Shown piece after piece: positions 10,849 to 21,919 of a DNA stretch of 64,000 nt. Both the position numbers and the translations under genes were made by a program. The DNA lies in the NCBI GenBank assembly GCA_963663035.1, contig OY760074.1:736001-800000 (forward strand), written 5' to 3'. Within the stretch, counting starts at the first letter, position 1; each line of letters begins with the position of its first letter. The notes beneath the pieces were generated by a model. That model was not told the DNA's origin and did not search any database. It saw only the letters and a program-made list of their open reading frames with translations. The DNA is from Acidobacteriota bacterium (GTDB lineage: Bacteria > Acidobacteriota > UBA6911 > RPQK01 > JADFOI01).

Positions 10849-10885
10849 CTGGAGGGCCTATTAGAACATCGGCGGCCGTCGGTTT

Positions 10886-12097
10886 TCAACCGCCTGGACT
10901 GGTCCTGAGGCTGGAAGCTCGCGGTAGAACAAATTTGTAAAAGTACTCTTCGAACTTACCGGGGTACTCCAGCTTCCACATCGTGAAATCGTGCCGGTTC
11001 TGTTCGAGAAAAAAATCTACAAAGATAGCGGCGTCCACAGCGCCGGCGTCGCTGGCAGCCAGCCAGTGATCCAACAGCACATCCTCGGCCTCAGGGTTGC
11101 TGGCGCTGATCTCTGTCCAGATCAAGAGCAAGTCTATGATCGCCGTCAACTCCTCTCTAAAGCTATACCGGTAAAACTGGAGTTCCGTATCCCTTCTCCA
11201 TGTGACTTTTTGAAACTGGACCTTGGCTGCGATGTAAGTCCTCCATGCCAAACGCGAAAGCTCGCTAAGGTCCTGAAGGTCTTCTTCGGCTGGTTCCTCG
11301 ATTCCCTGATCGATTGCCCACAATACCGACTTGGGGAAGTGGAGTGCCATGTGCTCCACGTTCGCTCCCCCTAAATTCAGTTGTGTCAGCAACTGCCATG
11401 CCGGGGGATAGCTGGGATCGGCTTCAAGGCTGTGTATCAAATTTCTGATCGCCTCCTCTGAGTCTCCCAACAGCGCATTCGATCGGGCCACTAACAGAAA
11501 TCCTACGGGATCACCACGGTCTTTCTCGGTGGCCGCCTCGGCAATCCTCAGAGCCTCGGCATATTCCCCTAGGCTAAAGTAGATTTCTCCCAGGCTGACT
11601 TGGGCTGGCACGTACTCTGGTTCCTTTTGGATGACCTCTTTTAAGGCTTCAACCGCCTTTTCCGTTTCACCGCCGTCAAGAAAGGCTTCAGTCTGGGCCA
11701 GAAGCTGCGCAGTTTCGGGTTTTTGGGGCCGCGGGTTCAACCTGCCCGGGTTCCAGAAAGAGAGGCTCAGTTCCCAGGCCTCGTAACTGAGGGGTGCAAG
11801 GCGCCGGAGGTAGTCCAGGTGTTTGAGGGCCGTTTCCAGCTGGAAGCTACCGTTGGGGCCATCGGGATTACCTTGAAAGGCTGCAAAATTGGTTTGAAAG
11901 GCCGTCCTGTGTGCCTCATAGGAGTCGTGATGCGCTGCCACCAGTTCAGAAGCCTTACCCACAGCAGCATCCAATTGCGAGTCTGTGACCAGAGCAATGA
12001 TCTCTTCGATCCGCTTCTCAATGTCGGGGTCAATTTGGCCCAGGACGAGTGTCGTGGAAAAAATGCAACAGAGAAAAAAGCCTTGGATTTTGTGCAT
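10886..12097 (-). CDS. Secreted TPR-containing protein
   Basis: Signal peptide; TPR segments (AQVSLGEIYFSLGEYAEAL...). Confidence 0.7.
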   Translation of the reverse strand: MHKIQGFFLCCIFSTTLVLGQIDPDIEKRIEEIIALVTDSQLDAAVGKASELVAAHHDSYEAHRTAFQTNFAAFQGNPDGPNGSFQLETALKHLDYLRRLAPLSYEAWELSLSFWNPGRLNPRPQKPETAQLLAQTEAFLDGGETEKAVEALKEVIQKEPEYVPAQVSLGEIYFSLGEYAEALRIAEAATEKDRGDPVGFLLVARSNALLGDSEEAIRNLIHSLEADPSYPPAWQLLTQLNLGGANVEHMALHFPKSVLWAIDQGIEEPAEEDLQDLSELSRLAWRTYIAAKVQFQKVTWRRDTELQFYRYSFREELTAIIDLLLIWTEISASNPEAEDVLLDHWLAASDAGAVDAAIFVDFFLEQNRHDFTMWKLEYPGKFEEYFYKFVLPRASSLRTSPGG

Positions 12098-12197
12098 CGG
12101 TTCCCTCCTTGAAAGCCCCAGTACCTATGAAACGTGACCCAACTCTATCATGAAAAGTTGAGAACTGGCCAGATGTTCGAATTCGGCCGCACTCGTG

Positions 12198-13193
12198 CTA
12201 TTGAGCTGCATCCGTGACCAGGACCGCAGCTCCCTGAATCCCACCGCTTCTGAGTTGCTCCAGAGCCCGGTTGGACTCAGCCAGGGGAAAAGTCTGGACC
12301 TCGGTTTTAATGGGGACTCGGGGCGCCAGAGCCAGGAATTCCTGGGCGTCTCGGCGGGTCAGGTTGGCGACTGAACAGAGCTTGCGTTCGCCCCAGAGGA
12401 GACTGTAGGGGAAGGAGGGGATGTCGCTCATGTGAATCCCGCCGCACACCACGGTGCCTCCCTTGGCCACAGCTTTCAGCGCTTGTGGGATGAGTTCACC
12501 CACCGGGGCAAAGAGAAGTGCGGCATCCAGTTCCTGGGGTGGCAACTGGTCTGAATCCCCCGCCCAGGTTACGCCAAGTTCCCGTGCGAACCGCTGGGTG
12601 TCGCCATCCCCGGGGCGGGTAAAGGCATAGATCTGACGTTCTTGGTAGAGGGCGACCTGTGCGACGAGATGAGCTGCCGCTCCAAACCCATAAATTCCCA
12701 GGCGCTTCGCATCCCCAGCCTTGGCCAGGCAGCGGTAGCCGATGAGACCGGCGCACAGCAAGGGTGCGGCTTGGACGTCTGAATAAGACTCCGGTATGGA
12801 GAAGCAGTAGTTCTGATCGGCCACAGTGTATTCGGCGTATCCACCGTCGATCGTGTAGCCGGTAAAGCGCGCCCTATCACAAAGATTCTCACGGTTTGAG
12901 CGGCAGTAGGGACATTCTCCACAGCTCCACCCCAGCCAGGGAATTCCCACCCGCTCCCCGATGGCAAACTGGTCGACTCCTTCACCCTTCTCGACCACCC
13001 GGCCGATGATTTCATGCCCCAGCACCAGGGGGAGCTTGGGCTCAGGCAACTCGCCGTCCACCACGTGCAGGTCGGTCCGGCAGACTGCGCAGGCAGCAAC
13101 CCTCACCAGGATTTGTCCAGCAGAGGGTTTGGATTTGGGCAGATCAGCTTCCCGCAGCGCTTGCCCGGGTGCATGAAGCAGCATGGCGAACAT
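12198..13193 (-). CDS. Zinc-dependent alcohol dehydrogenase family protein
   Basis: CRTDLH, GHE, structural Zn site CGECPYC...C, GIYGFGAAAH. Confidence 0.93.
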   Translation of the reverse strand: MFAMLLHAPGQALREADLPKSKPSAGQILVRVAACAVCRTDLHVVDGELPEPKLPLVLGHEIIGRVVEKGEGVDQFAIGERVGIPWLGWSCGECPYCRSNRENLCDRARFTGYTIDGGYAEYTVADQNYCFSIPESYSDVQAAPLLCAGLIGYRCLAKAGDAKRLGIYGFGAAAHLVAQVALYQERQIYAFTRPGDGDTQRFARELGVTWAGDSDQLPPQELDAALLFAPVGELIPQALKAVAKGGTVVCGGIHMSDIPSFPYSLLWGERKLCSVANLTRRDAQEFLALAPRVPIKTEVQTFPLAESNRALEQLRSGGIQGAAVLVTDAAQ

Positions 13194-13211
13194 AGGGTAT
13201 GAGCCTCCCGG

Positions 13212-15005
13212 TTATAGAAGCCAGCCAGGCAGAGTCATGGTCAAGGCCGGAACATAAGTGACTAAAGCGACGGCTGTGATTCGAATGGCCAGGAAAGGCA
13301 GCACCGCCCGGTAAACCTCCAGAAGGGGTCTCTTGAATCGATAAGAAGCCAAAAAGAGATTCATTCCAACCGGGGGCGTCAGAAATCCTAACTCCAGGTT
13401 GGTCAGGAAGATAATGCCCAGGTGAAAGGGGTCAATGCCATAGGACTGGGCCAGAGGCGCAATGAGAGGGATCACCACCACAATAGCCGAATACATATCC
13501 ATCAGGCACCCCACCAGCAGCAGAAACAGGTTCAACAGAAGTAAGAAGAACAGCGGTGATTGAACAAATGACTGGACCCACTCGGTAGCCTGGAGAGGAA
13601 TTTCCTGCATGACAAAGTAATTGGTGAGGCCGAGTGCAACGCCCAGAATGATCAACACCCCGCCAATCAGCGTGGCGGCGGCCCCCACCACGCGAGTCAG
13701 ATCGCGGCTAATCTTAAGGTTACCGCGTAGGACAAACTCCAGGAAAAAGGCATAGAGGACCGTGAGTGCAGACGCTTCCACCAGGGTGGCCAGACCACTA
13801 AAAAGGCTTCCCAGCACGACAACCGGTATGGCGACTTCCCATTTCGCTTCCCACAGGGCCAGACCTGCCTTGCGGACATCGAAAGGCACGCGAATGCTCC
13901 CTGAGCGCTTTGCATAAACGAGGGCAAAGCCGGCAACCAGGAGTATCTCGAGCAGGCCGGGCACGAACCCGCTGATAAAGAGTCTGACGATGTCAATCTC
14001 CGCCACGATTCCATAGAGGATGACCGCCAGGGAAGGCATAAAGAGCAGGCCCAGTGACCCCGAAGCAGTGAGGAGTCCGCTGGTGAATTTGTGCGAGTAG
14101 TTGTCTTCACGAAGCATGGGATAGAGCAAGCCTCCCATGGCCAAAACAGTGACCCCACTGCCTCCCGTGAAGCTGGTAAAGAACGCGCACACCACAATAG
14201 CCGCCACGGCCAAACCGCCCGGCATCCAGCCAAAGAGGGCCCGAAAAACCTTCACCAGGCGGTGTGGAGTGCCGCCTTCCGCCAGGATAAATCCTGCAAA
14301 GGTGAAGAGAGGGATGGTGGGAAGCATCGCCTTCAGGCTCAGGCCATAGGTTTCGAGCGCAATAGCAGCGACCGGCTCAAAGTTGTCCCACAGCAGAACT
14401 GCGGCAATTCCTCCCAGGACCACGAAAATGGGAGCGCCCAGAGCGATGGCTAGGATGAGAACGAGAAACAGGGGCAGCCAGATTCCGTGGCCAGGCAAGT
14501 CTTCAAAAGCCCACATCAGCATGGGAATGAAGACAAAGGAAGCGGTGATGGCGCGGCCCGACCATCCATAGGGGACTCTCCAGAGGATTCGAAGTCCAAT
14601 CACAGAGAATCCTACCGGCATGATGCTCTCAGCAACCCAGACCGGTAAACCCAGTGCCAGAAGAGTCCCTCCTTCTCGTTCGGCGATGACCAGTTGCAGG
14701 CTCCCATAAGCGAGTGCTAAACAGACCGCGACACCGACGCCCGCAGCAAGAATCTCGGCAGCTTTCTTTGCTTTGCCCCTCAGAAGTGAGGGGCCGACGG
14801 TCAAGGAGAGCAGCTCCCCTCTGCGCGCGGCCACTGCTGCACCCAGGAAGCCGATCCAAAGGGTCAGGTGTTGAACCCAAACCGCTGAGCCGGGAATCCC
14901 CAGGGAGAAGGCTTTTCGGAGCACGATCTCCAGCAGAGGCAAGGTCGCCATAGCCAGGAGAGCAAAAACGGAAAGACTATCTTCAATGAGGTGAAGGCGT
15001 CTCAT
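13212..15005 (-). CDS. TRAP transporter fused small+large permease (DctQM)
   Basis: Many TM segments; TPPVGMNLF and DPFHLGIIF motifs of DctM; N-terminal DctQ-like part. Confidence 0.92.
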   Translation of the reverse strand: MRRLHLIEDSLSVFALLAMATLPLLEIVLRKAFSLGIPGSAVWVQHLTLWIGFLGAAVAARRGELLSLTVGPSLLRGKAKKAAEILAAGVGVAVCLALAYGSLQLVIAEREGGTLLALGLPVWVAESIMPVGFSVIGLRILWRVPYGWSGRAITASFVFIPMLMWAFEDLPGHGIWLPLFLVLILAIALGAPIFVVLGGIAAVLLWDNFEPVAAIALETYGLSLKAMLPTIPLFTFAGFILAEGGTPHRLVKVFRALFGWMPGGLAVAAIVVCAFFTSFTGGSGVTVLAMGGLLYPMLREDNYSHKFTSGLLTASGSLGLLFMPSLAVILYGIVAEIDIVRLFISGFVPGLLEILLVAGFALVYAKRSGSIRVPFDVRKAGLALWEAKWEVAIPVVVLGSLFSGLATLVEASALTVLYAFFLEFVLRGNLKISRDLTRVVGAAATLIGGVLIILGVALGLTNYFVMQEIPLQATEWVQSFVQSPLFFLLLLNLFLLLVGCLMDMYSAIVVVIPLIAPLAQSYGIDPFHLGIIFLTNLELGFLTPPVGMNLFLASYRFKRPLLEVYRAVLPFLAIRITAVALVTYVPALTMTLPGWLL

Positions 15006-15021
15006 AAGAGTGGATGAGACA

Positions 15022-16050
15022 CTAGCGTCTGGACCGGTATTCTTCCAGCAGGCTTTGAACTCGGTCGAATATTTCCGGGGGAACCAGCCTTCCTCGGATC
15101 TCGGGATAGGCTGACCGGGCAGTTTGTCGCCATTCTTCCATGGCCTCCTCTGGGACCTCCCAAACTTTCAGCCCGCGGGTCTTCATGGCCTTTAAGGCGA
15201 GCTCTTCCTGCAGCCGAATCACTTGCTTGAGACCTGTTCCCGCCTCTCTGGCCAGGAGCATCACCTGTTCCTGCTGTTCCGGGGAGAGGCGATTCCATGT
15301 TCTCTCATCCATCAAAATCGCGCCCTGCAGAGGAGCCCATTTCATATCGGTCATGTTCCCTGCATATCGGTAGAACTGAGAGAGGTTGGCCAAAATGGTG
15401 GGTAAAGAAACCGCTTCAATAAGCCCTGTCTGAAGTCCCGAGATAGTGTCCACTGTAGTGATGGGAACGGGCCGAAAGCCTGCCCACTTCATGATGTCGA
15501 CAGCCACCGTATCGGAGGCCGAGGCCGCTAACCTCAGCTGTTTCATCTGGCTGGGACGGGTTACGGGTTCCTTACTGAAAAAATAGACCCAACCGGCATC
15601 GGACCAGGCCAGTACGATGAAGCCCTTATCCTTCAATCTGGCTTCCAGCTCAACGTTTATGACCGTTCGCACGTAATCCCACTCTTCATAGCTTTCGAAC
15701 ATCAAGGGGAGCATCAAAGCGAAGGCTGCCCGGTCGATGACTGTCAGGCCGGCGTTGGAGATGGCTGCTGCCTGGAGTTGCCCGATCCGCATTTTCCGGA
15801 TCAGCGCTCCCTCGTCGCCGGCGCCGCCGCCGGCAAAAATCTGCAGCCTGACTTCTCCATCAGTGGCACTGCTCCAGTCAGACCCCATTTTTTGGAGAAT
15901 CTTATGCCAGGCGGAGCCAGTGGGAACCATAGTGCCCATTCTGATCTGTACTCGGCCTTGCAGAAAGGAGCTCATCGCAACGAACAGGCAAAGTGCAGAC
16001 AGAACTCGCAGAGACTTAATGGTCATTTCCTCACTCCAAGAAAAAATCAT
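15022..16050 (-). CDS. TRAP substrate-binding protein DctP (TatP-type)
   Basis: MGTMVPTGSAW, GDEGALIRKMRIGQLQAA. Confidence 0.9.
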   Translation of the reverse strand: MIFSWSEEMTIKSLRVLSALCLFVAMSSFLQGRVQIRMGTMVPTGSAWHKILQKMGSDWSSATDGEVRLQIFAGGGAGDEGALIRKMRIGQLQAAAISNAGLTVIDRAAFALMLPLMFESYEEWDYVRTVINVELEARLKDKGFIVLAWSDAGWVYFFSKEPVTRPSQMKQLRLAASASDTVAVDIMKWAGFRPVPITTVDTISGLQTGLIEAVSLPTILANLSQFYRYAGNMTDMKWAPLQGAILMDERTWNRLSPEQQEQVMLLAREAGTGLKQVIRLQEELALKAMKTRGLKVWEVPEEAMEEWRQTARSAYPEIRGRLVPPEIFDRVQSLLEEYRSRR

Positions 16051-16939
16051 CGATTTGCTGCATCAACAAGCGTGCTCTCCGCTGGGCTAAGATGTTGAGC
16101 AGCCGGTTTTCTGGATAAGAGCTTACATCAAATGAGAGAATTCTCTCCATTAGATTTTCAAATTCTTGACGGTTTTGCTGGGGAACGGAAACACTTTCAG
16201 CCCACGTCAACCAGGTTGAGCATTTACTTTCCCCGGAGAGCTCCTGGGCCCGCCGGTAATATTCCCGGGCCTTCTCGAGCGAGCCGCCAACGCGCGACAT
16301 TTCATAGCTGATCAGAAGCTCATAAATGGTCCCCTCCTGGAAATCTTCCTCCAGTTCGAGAGCGCGGTGGAGGAGGGCTCCTACCACGCCGAGGTCCGCG
16401 GTCAACTCCGGATTGTCCACTGAAACACCAATTGCCGCACCCAGAGCAGCGGCCGACCAGACAGCCAGGGGGACATCTTCGAGCTCCAGCAGAGCAGCCG
16501 TCTTTTCGGGTTCTCGACGCACCAGCTCAGCGAAGCCGGGATGCTCCACTTCCAAGCCCCGAAATCCATAGCGGAAGGCCCGACTGTAAAGGCGGGAGGC
16601 CCGGTCCCGAATCTGTTCGGCCCCATCAAAGTCTTGCTCCTCGATGGCCTGGGCCTCGGGCTCAACGAAACCGTATGCGTAAAATGTAAAGCCGGTCGTC
16701 GCAGAGAGAAGAAGACCACGATGTTCGGGACTCGATTCCAGGAGTGTCTCAATGATCTTGAGATTGAAGGGCAAAGCGGCAGCAATCAACTCCGGGTCCT
16801 CATCAGAAAGATAGGATTTCTCTGACTCAGCGAGCACTTCATAGAGGGTACTGACAGCCTTTTGTTTCAGGGAGCATGAGGAATTCAGTAAGAGCAGGAC
16901 CAGTACAACTCTCACCCACATGTGATGCCGAAAGGTCAT
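16031..16939 (-). CDS. TRAP transporter TatT component (TPAT lipoprotein)
   Basis: Lipobox-like Cys, DPELIAAALPFNLK, YAYGFV, NILAQRRAR; first gene of the T-P-QM operon. Confidence 0.85.
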   Translation of the reverse strand: MTFRHHMWVRVVLVLLLLNSSCSLKQKAVSTLYEVLAESEKSYLSDEDPELIAAALPFNLKIIETLLESSPEHRGLLLSATTGFTFYAYGFVEPEAQAIEEQDFDGAEQIRDRASRLYSRAFRYGFRGLEVEHPGFAELVRREPEKTAALLELEDVPLAVWSAAALGAAIGVSVDNPELTADLGVVGALLHRALELEEDFQEGTIYELLISYEMSRVGGSLEKAREYYRRAQELSGESKCSTWLTWAESVSVPQQNRQEFENLMERILSFDVSSYPENRLLNILAQRRARLLMQQIDDFFLE

Positions 16940-16959
16940 GGATCAGACACCTTGCCCTC

Positions 16960-16986
16960 TAGCCGGGATTATGCATAACCCCGGCT
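16960..16986. repeat. Collapsed, TIR-only member of the MITE-like family
   Basis: Palindrome TAGCCGGGATTATGCATAACCCCGGCT matching the ends of the elements at 42947, 52655 and 56291. Confidence 0.75.
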
Positions 16987-17177
16987 GTAGGATGACTCCT
17001 GCCAATATAGCGCAACTGACTCAAGAGAGCTATCTCTCCGGGGTTGCCAGTCCTGCCGAGTTGATCGTCTCAGAGTGCCATTTTTGCACTCGCGTGACTC
17101 CCATCACAGCCTTTGTTCCTGCTGACTTGGTACTCTATTGCTTGCCCATGTTTGCATGGTGCTACGTTAACCTCCCA

Positions 17178-17217
17178 GGGCCTGTAGGTTGGACTGTAGT
17201 CCACGGCCTGCAGGCCC
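17178..17217. repeat. GC-rich intergenic hairpin (REP-like or terminator)
   Basis: GGGCCTGTAGG...TGGAC-TGTA-GTCCA...CCTGCAGGCCC just 3' of the methyltransferase gene. Confidence 0.45.
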
Positions 17218-17232
17218 GCCTCCCCGAACCCA

Positions 17233-18270
17233 TCACTTACCACTGATAAGAACCTGTTGCGGTGACCGGGGGATGGGATGAAGTTCTGTCTGGGCAAAGC
17301 CTGCTCGACGGAACATCTCTTCATATTGTTTGAAGGTATAAGCGTCCCCTGAAGGGGTCGAGACCAACATGGTGAGGCTGAATGCTGCCGTAACGGGAGG
17401 GGAGATCCGATCCTCATTGGGAACGTATTCCAGGGTCACGGCCCGGCCTTTTTCTCCCAGTGCCTTGTGAACCTTGCCCATCAAAAGGACGCAGGTGTCC
17501 TCATCAAAGTGGTGAAAGAAGTTGGTAATGAGTATCAGATCGTATTCTTCCCCAAAGTCAGTCTCGAAAGCGTTTCCCGGAAGCAGACGGTATCGATCTG
17601 CGACTCCTGCCCGGTGGGCGTTCTCCTGGGCGACGGCAAGGACGCTTGACCAGTCCAGTGCCACGACCGTGGCATTGGGGTTGTGCCGGGCGATGGTCGT
17701 GCCAAACATGCCATGCCCGGCTGCCAGGTCGAGGATCTTCCAGGTCGCTCCGCTGCTGGCTCCCACCAACTGGGCGATGAACTCCGCTGGAGGAACCATG
17801 AGGGGACTCATGCCACGGGCAAAGTCAACCCACAGTGGATTATCTTCAATCACCATTCCCTTGCTACTGCCCACAGTGCCGCCCTTGCGAACCGCCTCCG
17901 CAACATCTGAGAAGAATGACATGAGCTTGGATGATGTGAGAAAGCGGCTCGCCATTCCCAGGTAGTCAGGGGAACGGCTGCTGAGGAAAGCCGCTGACTC
18001 GCGGGTGAGAGCATAGCTGGCCTCCTCCTTGGTGAGAAATCCAGTGATCACCAGGAAGTCACACAAAATGCGGATCCCTCGTTGGGAAGCGCGGCAGTGA
18101 CTGGCCAGCGAACTGACCGTATCGTGCCCTTCGTCGATAGCCGTGAAGAGGTCCAGTTCAATGGCCCCCTTTAACGCCTGTGTCTGCTGATAGGAGCGGA
18201 AGGCATCAAATGTCTTTTCAGGTAACAGGGGATGCTCTGCTGTGCTCATGTGCTCTCCTCTCGGTGCCAT
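17233..18270 (-). CDS. SAM-dependent O-methyltransferase family 2 with dimerisation domain
   Basis: LKGAIELDLF N-terminal domain, ILDLAAGHG, LITNFFHHF. Confidence 0.9.
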   Translation of the reverse strand: MAPRGEHMSTAEHPLLPEKTFDAFRSYQQTQALKGAIELDLFTAIDEGHDTVSSLASHCRASQRGIRILCDFLVITGFLTKEEASYALTRESAAFLSSRSPDYLGMASRFLTSSKLMSFFSDVAEAVRKGGTVGSSKGMVIEDNPLWVDFARGMSPLMVPPAEFIAQLVGASSGATWKILDLAAGHGMFGTTIARHNPNATVVALDWSSVLAVAQENAHRAGVADRYRLLPGNAFETDFGEEYDLILITNFFHHFDEDTCVLLMGKVHKALGEKGRAVTLEYVPNEDRISPPVTAAFSLTMLVSTPSGDAYTFKQYEEMFRRAGFAQTELHPIPRSPQQVLISGK

Positions 18271-18415
18271 GGACGGAAGTCAGGGAATAGACCTGGCCAG
18301 GACCGCAATGGTATCTTCGATAGCGCAAATCAAATCCCATGAACCAATCGCCACCATCTCACGTATAGATCTCTGGTGACTCATCCATACAGATCAATGA
18401 AGGTCATTTCGTCCG

Positions 18416-20077
18416 GTGAATGAAGCCGGATTTTCTTTTAAAGTAGGGAGGAAGATGATGAAAGTCAAACCTATCGTTGCAGCAGCCGTTCTCTTGGCTT
18501 GTCTCCCGTTCTCATCCCCGGGATGGGCGCAGGATTTGGCTATTCCGGAATCGTATGTCACTCGCATGCGTAGGCAGGAGACTGTCCTGGAAATGAGCTT
18601 GAGAGAGGCAATCCGTCTGGCCCTGGCCAATAACCTGGAAATCGCTATTGAGAACTACAACGAAGATCTGAACCAGGAACAGATCATCAAGACACGTGGC
18701 TTCTACGATCCGACTCTCAATCTTTCAGTGGGTTGGACCTCTTCGGAAAGCCCGACCACCAGTAGTTTGCAGGCGGGTGGAGGAATTACCGTCAACAATA
18801 CCGAGCGCTTTTCTTTCGATAGCCGGCTCGGGAAGAATCTTGCGGGAGGAGGAGCCCTGGATCTCACCTTCAACAACAACCGAAACGACAGCAACAGCGG
18901 TTTTTCAATCATCAACCCGCGCTTTGGCTCCACCTTCAACGTGGCTTTTACTCAGCCTCTGATGCGCGGTTTCAGGACGACCAACACCAGACGGCAGATC
19001 CAGCTCTTCAATCTGGACAGCGAAATTACCGAGACGCAATTCAAGCAGCAAGTGGCTGAAATCGTACAGCAGGTCCAGAATCAGTACTGGGAACTGGTTT
19101 ATTCCGTAGAGAGCAATGAGACCCAGCGCCGGTCAGTGGAATTGGCAACCATACAGTACGAGGACAACCGCAAGCGAGTTGAGATTGGGGTCATGGCACC
19201 CATTGAGATCACCTCCTCTCGGGCGGAGATAGCCCGCCGTGAACTGGAAATGATCCAGTCCGAGGTTCAGATCATTAATGCCCAGAACGCTCTCAAGCGA
19301 CTTTTGGCACCTGATCCCGGAGCCAGTATCTGGAATGTTTCGGTGATACCCACCGACCAACCCCAAGTGGAGGATGTGCAGATTTCGCTGCAGGAGTCCA
19401 TCCGAACAGCCCTTGAAGCGAGACCTGAGTTGGAGCAGATTGAACTTCAAATGGAGAAAAACGAGATCGACCGGAGCTACTACCAAAAGGATGGAAGGCC
19501 CAGCCTGAACCTGAGGACAAATTTCGGTTCAACCGGGGCCTCTGGAGAAGTCTTCATAGACACCGATGGCGATAGAATTCCGGATACGCCCGCAGTGGAT
19601 GATCCCCGTTTTGGAAATTTCACCAAGAGCTGGACACAGGTTTTTGGCTTTGATTTCATAAACTGGGGAGTGTTCCTGGATCTCGAGATTCCGCTTCGCA
19701 ACCGGTCAAATGAAGCGGATTTAGCCACGGTCATGATCCGTGAACGACAGTTCCTGAGCAGGCTCAAGAACCAGGAGCAAATGATTATTGTAGAAGTCCG
19801 CAATGCATTTGAGAGCATTGCCACTCGCAAAAAAGGTTTAGAGACAGCTGGGGTGGCAAGCCAACTTTCCAGCGAGCAGTTAGACGGGGAAACCAAACGC
19901 TTTGAGGCGGGCCTGTCCACCAACTTCGAGGTCCTGCGCTTTCAGCGGGACCTGGCCGAAAGCCAGGTGAGCGAACTGAGAGCGATGGTGGATTACCAGC
20001 TGGCGGTGATCGCCCTGCGAAAGGCCCTGTTCACCATCGTTGGAGAAAGTGACATCATTCTGGCCAAGGCGCAGTGA
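18416..20077 (+). CDS. TolC-family outer-membrane efflux protein (start probably about 18454)
   Basis: Signal peptide, LSLREAIRLALANN, V..QYWEL, RFEAGLSTNFEVL. Confidence 0.88.
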   Translation: MNEAGFSFKVGRKMMKVKPIVAAAVLLACLPFSSPGWAQDLAIPESYVTRMRRQETVLEMSLREAIRLALANNLEIAIENYNEDLNQEQIIKTRGFYDPTLNLSVGWTSSESPTTSSLQAGGGITVNNTERFSFDSRLGKNLAGGGALDLTFNNNRNDSNSGFSIINPRFGSTFNVAFTQPLMRGFRTTNTRRQIQLFNLDSEITETQFKQQVAEIVQQVQNQYWELVYSVESNETQRRSVELATIQYEDNRKRVEIGVMAPIEITSSRAEIARRELEMIQSEVQIINAQNALKRLLAPDPGASIWNVSVIPTDQPQVEDVQISLQESIRTALEARPELEQIELQMEKNEIDRSYYQKDGRPSLNLRTNFGSTGASGEVFIDTDGDRIPDTPAVDDPRFGNFTKSWTQVFGFDFINWGVFLDLEIPLRNRSNEADLATVMIRERQFLSRLKNQEQMIIVEVRNAFESIATRKKGLETAGVASQLSSEQLDGETKRFEAGLSTNFEVLRFQRDLAESQVSELRAMVDYQLAVIALRKALFTIVGESDIILAKAQ

Positions 20078-20178
20078 CTACTGAGGTTGACACTGGGTGC
20101 GGGAATCCGACTCTCGCCAGCCTGAGGCTCCTCCCCAGAAAGTCAGCATAAATAACTGTTCATAAAGTAGTTATCTCA

Positions 20179-20984
20179 ATGCGGTTAAGTTCCTTTGGCA
20201 CCAGTTCTAAGTACTGGCATCTGTCGTGCTCTGCTGATAATATCTTGAACTTGAGTCGCTCAGCAGAAGTCATATCCAGAAAAGACCTTCCTGCCTCATT
20301 CATCCTCATTCTGTTCCTCACCGGTTTTGGCCTGAGCAGCCATATGGCTGCTCAGGAGAAGGAAACACTGCCGGAAAGTCCCGCAACCACTTCAGACCAG
20401 CCGCAGTCGGATCAGGAGGAAAAGAGCGGGATCAGCTTCAAGAGTTTCCACCGGGATCTGGGAAACAACTTCTTGGGTTTGTTTTCTCGGGAGAGTGTGT
20501 TGCCCTTCTCGGCTGGTGTCCTGGGTACAGGAGTCAGCCTTGAGCTGGACGATAACCTCCACGACTATTTTCGAAACGTTGATAATTTGGGTCAAGAGCA
20601 AAGAAGGTTTCCCGCGGTTGGCAATGTGGGAGAGGTACTCGGCAACCGATGGTTCTTATTGGCTGGTACAGGGAGTCTCCTCCTGGCCGCTCACTCCACT
20701 TCGAATGACCGCTTTCAAGACATGACCTATGCCTGGACACAGGGCTACGTCCTCAACAACCTTCTGAGTGAGGCTCTCAAACAGGGGGTGAGACGGGAAA
20801 GGCCCAATGGCCAGAACACCCGGTCTTTTTCATCCGGGCATGCCGCCAACGCCTTTACCTTTGCCACCATCATCAACCATTACTATGGCTCCAAGGCGGG
20901 TATACCTGCTTACGGTATCGCGGGACTTGTTGCCGTCTCCCGAATGGAGAAGAACGTACACTACTTGAGCGATGTCGTCATGGG
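20179..20984 (+). pseudogene. PAP2-family phosphatase, C-terminally truncated by IS3 copy 2
   Basis: KQGVRRERP, SFSSGHA, SRMEKNVHYLSDVVMG; after this the ORF reads into the IS terminus (DLPPRTS...). Confidence 0.85.
20215..20230 (+). promoter_or_regulatory. Possible sigma-54 -24/-12 site upstream of the PAP2 gene
   Basis: TGGCAT-CTGTC-GTGCT with correct GG/GC spacing and an AT-rich tract upstream. Confidence 0.4.
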
Positions 20985-21013
20985 TGACCTGCCCCCACGA
21001 ACGAGTCCACCCT

Positions 21014-21919
21014 CTATGCTAGACCCGGGACCATTTGAAGTCCACTCCAAGGGATTGGATCCAGTGCCTGCGACCTAGGTAGTTTGGCCTCTGGCGCCGG
21101 CGGCCGATAGGCCAAGGCGCTGTGAGGCCGGATCTGATTGTAATCCCTCCGCCAGCGTTCTACCAACACCTTGGCTTCCCCCAGCGTGTCGAAGATCTCC
21201 ATGTTCAGCAGCTCATCCCGTAGTTTCCCGTTGAAACTCTCAATGTACCCATTCTCCCAGGGGCTGCCCGGCTCGATGTACAAGGTCCTTACCCCAACAG
21301 CCTGCAGCCAGTCCCGGACCGCCTGTGCCGTAAACTCCGATCCGTTATCGGACCGGATAAACTCAGGCACTCCCCGATCAACGAATAACTCCGCCGGCCG
21401 GTCCAACACGTCTTGGTGATTCATCTGCCGTTTCACATCAATGGCGAGGCACTCTCTGGTGTACTCATCCAGGATCGTCAATAGCCGAAAGGCTCGCCCA
21501 TCATGGGTCCGTTCATGCACGAAATCATAGCTCCAGACGTGGTTCTTGCGAGCCGCTCGTAACCGAACACAGGAACCGTCATTAAGCCACAGCCTCCTTC
21601 GTTTCGGCTGTCTGGACGGGACTTTCAGCCCTTCTTGTCTCCACAGCCTCTCCACCCGCTTAGGATTCACCTTCCACCCTTCCCCATGAAGTATCGCCGT
21701 GACCCGCCGGTAGCCATAACGCCCGTATTGCGTAGCCAACTCCACCATCCGGGCCACCAATCGGGCCTCATCATCGGGAATTTGCCTTTCCCTTCGCTGG
21801 GTCGATCGAACCTGTCCCAGCACTTGGCAGGCCCGACGTTCGGAGACTCGCTCTGCTCCTAATCGCTCTCGTACCCACATCACCGCTCGTCTCCTGTTCG
21901 CCGGGCCTAGAAGTTTCCC
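21014..21919 (-). CDS. IS3 transposase OrfB, copy 2
   Basis: Same DDE motifs as copy 1. Confidence 0.92.
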   Translation of the reverse strand, partial: GKLLGPANRRRAVMWVRERLGAERVSERRACQVLGQVRSTQRRERQIPDDEARLVARMVELATQYGRYGYRRVTAILHGEGWKVNPKRVERLWRQEGLKVPSRQPKRRRLWLNDGSCVRLRAARKNHVWSYDFVHERTHDGRAFRLLTILDEYTRECLAIDVKRQMNHQDVLDRPAELFVDRGVPEFIRSDNGSEFTAQAVRDWLQAVGVRTLYIEPGSPWENGYIESFNGKLRDELLNMEIFDTLGEAKVLVERWRRDYNQIRPHSALAYRPPAPEAKLPRSQALDPIPWSGLQMVPGLA

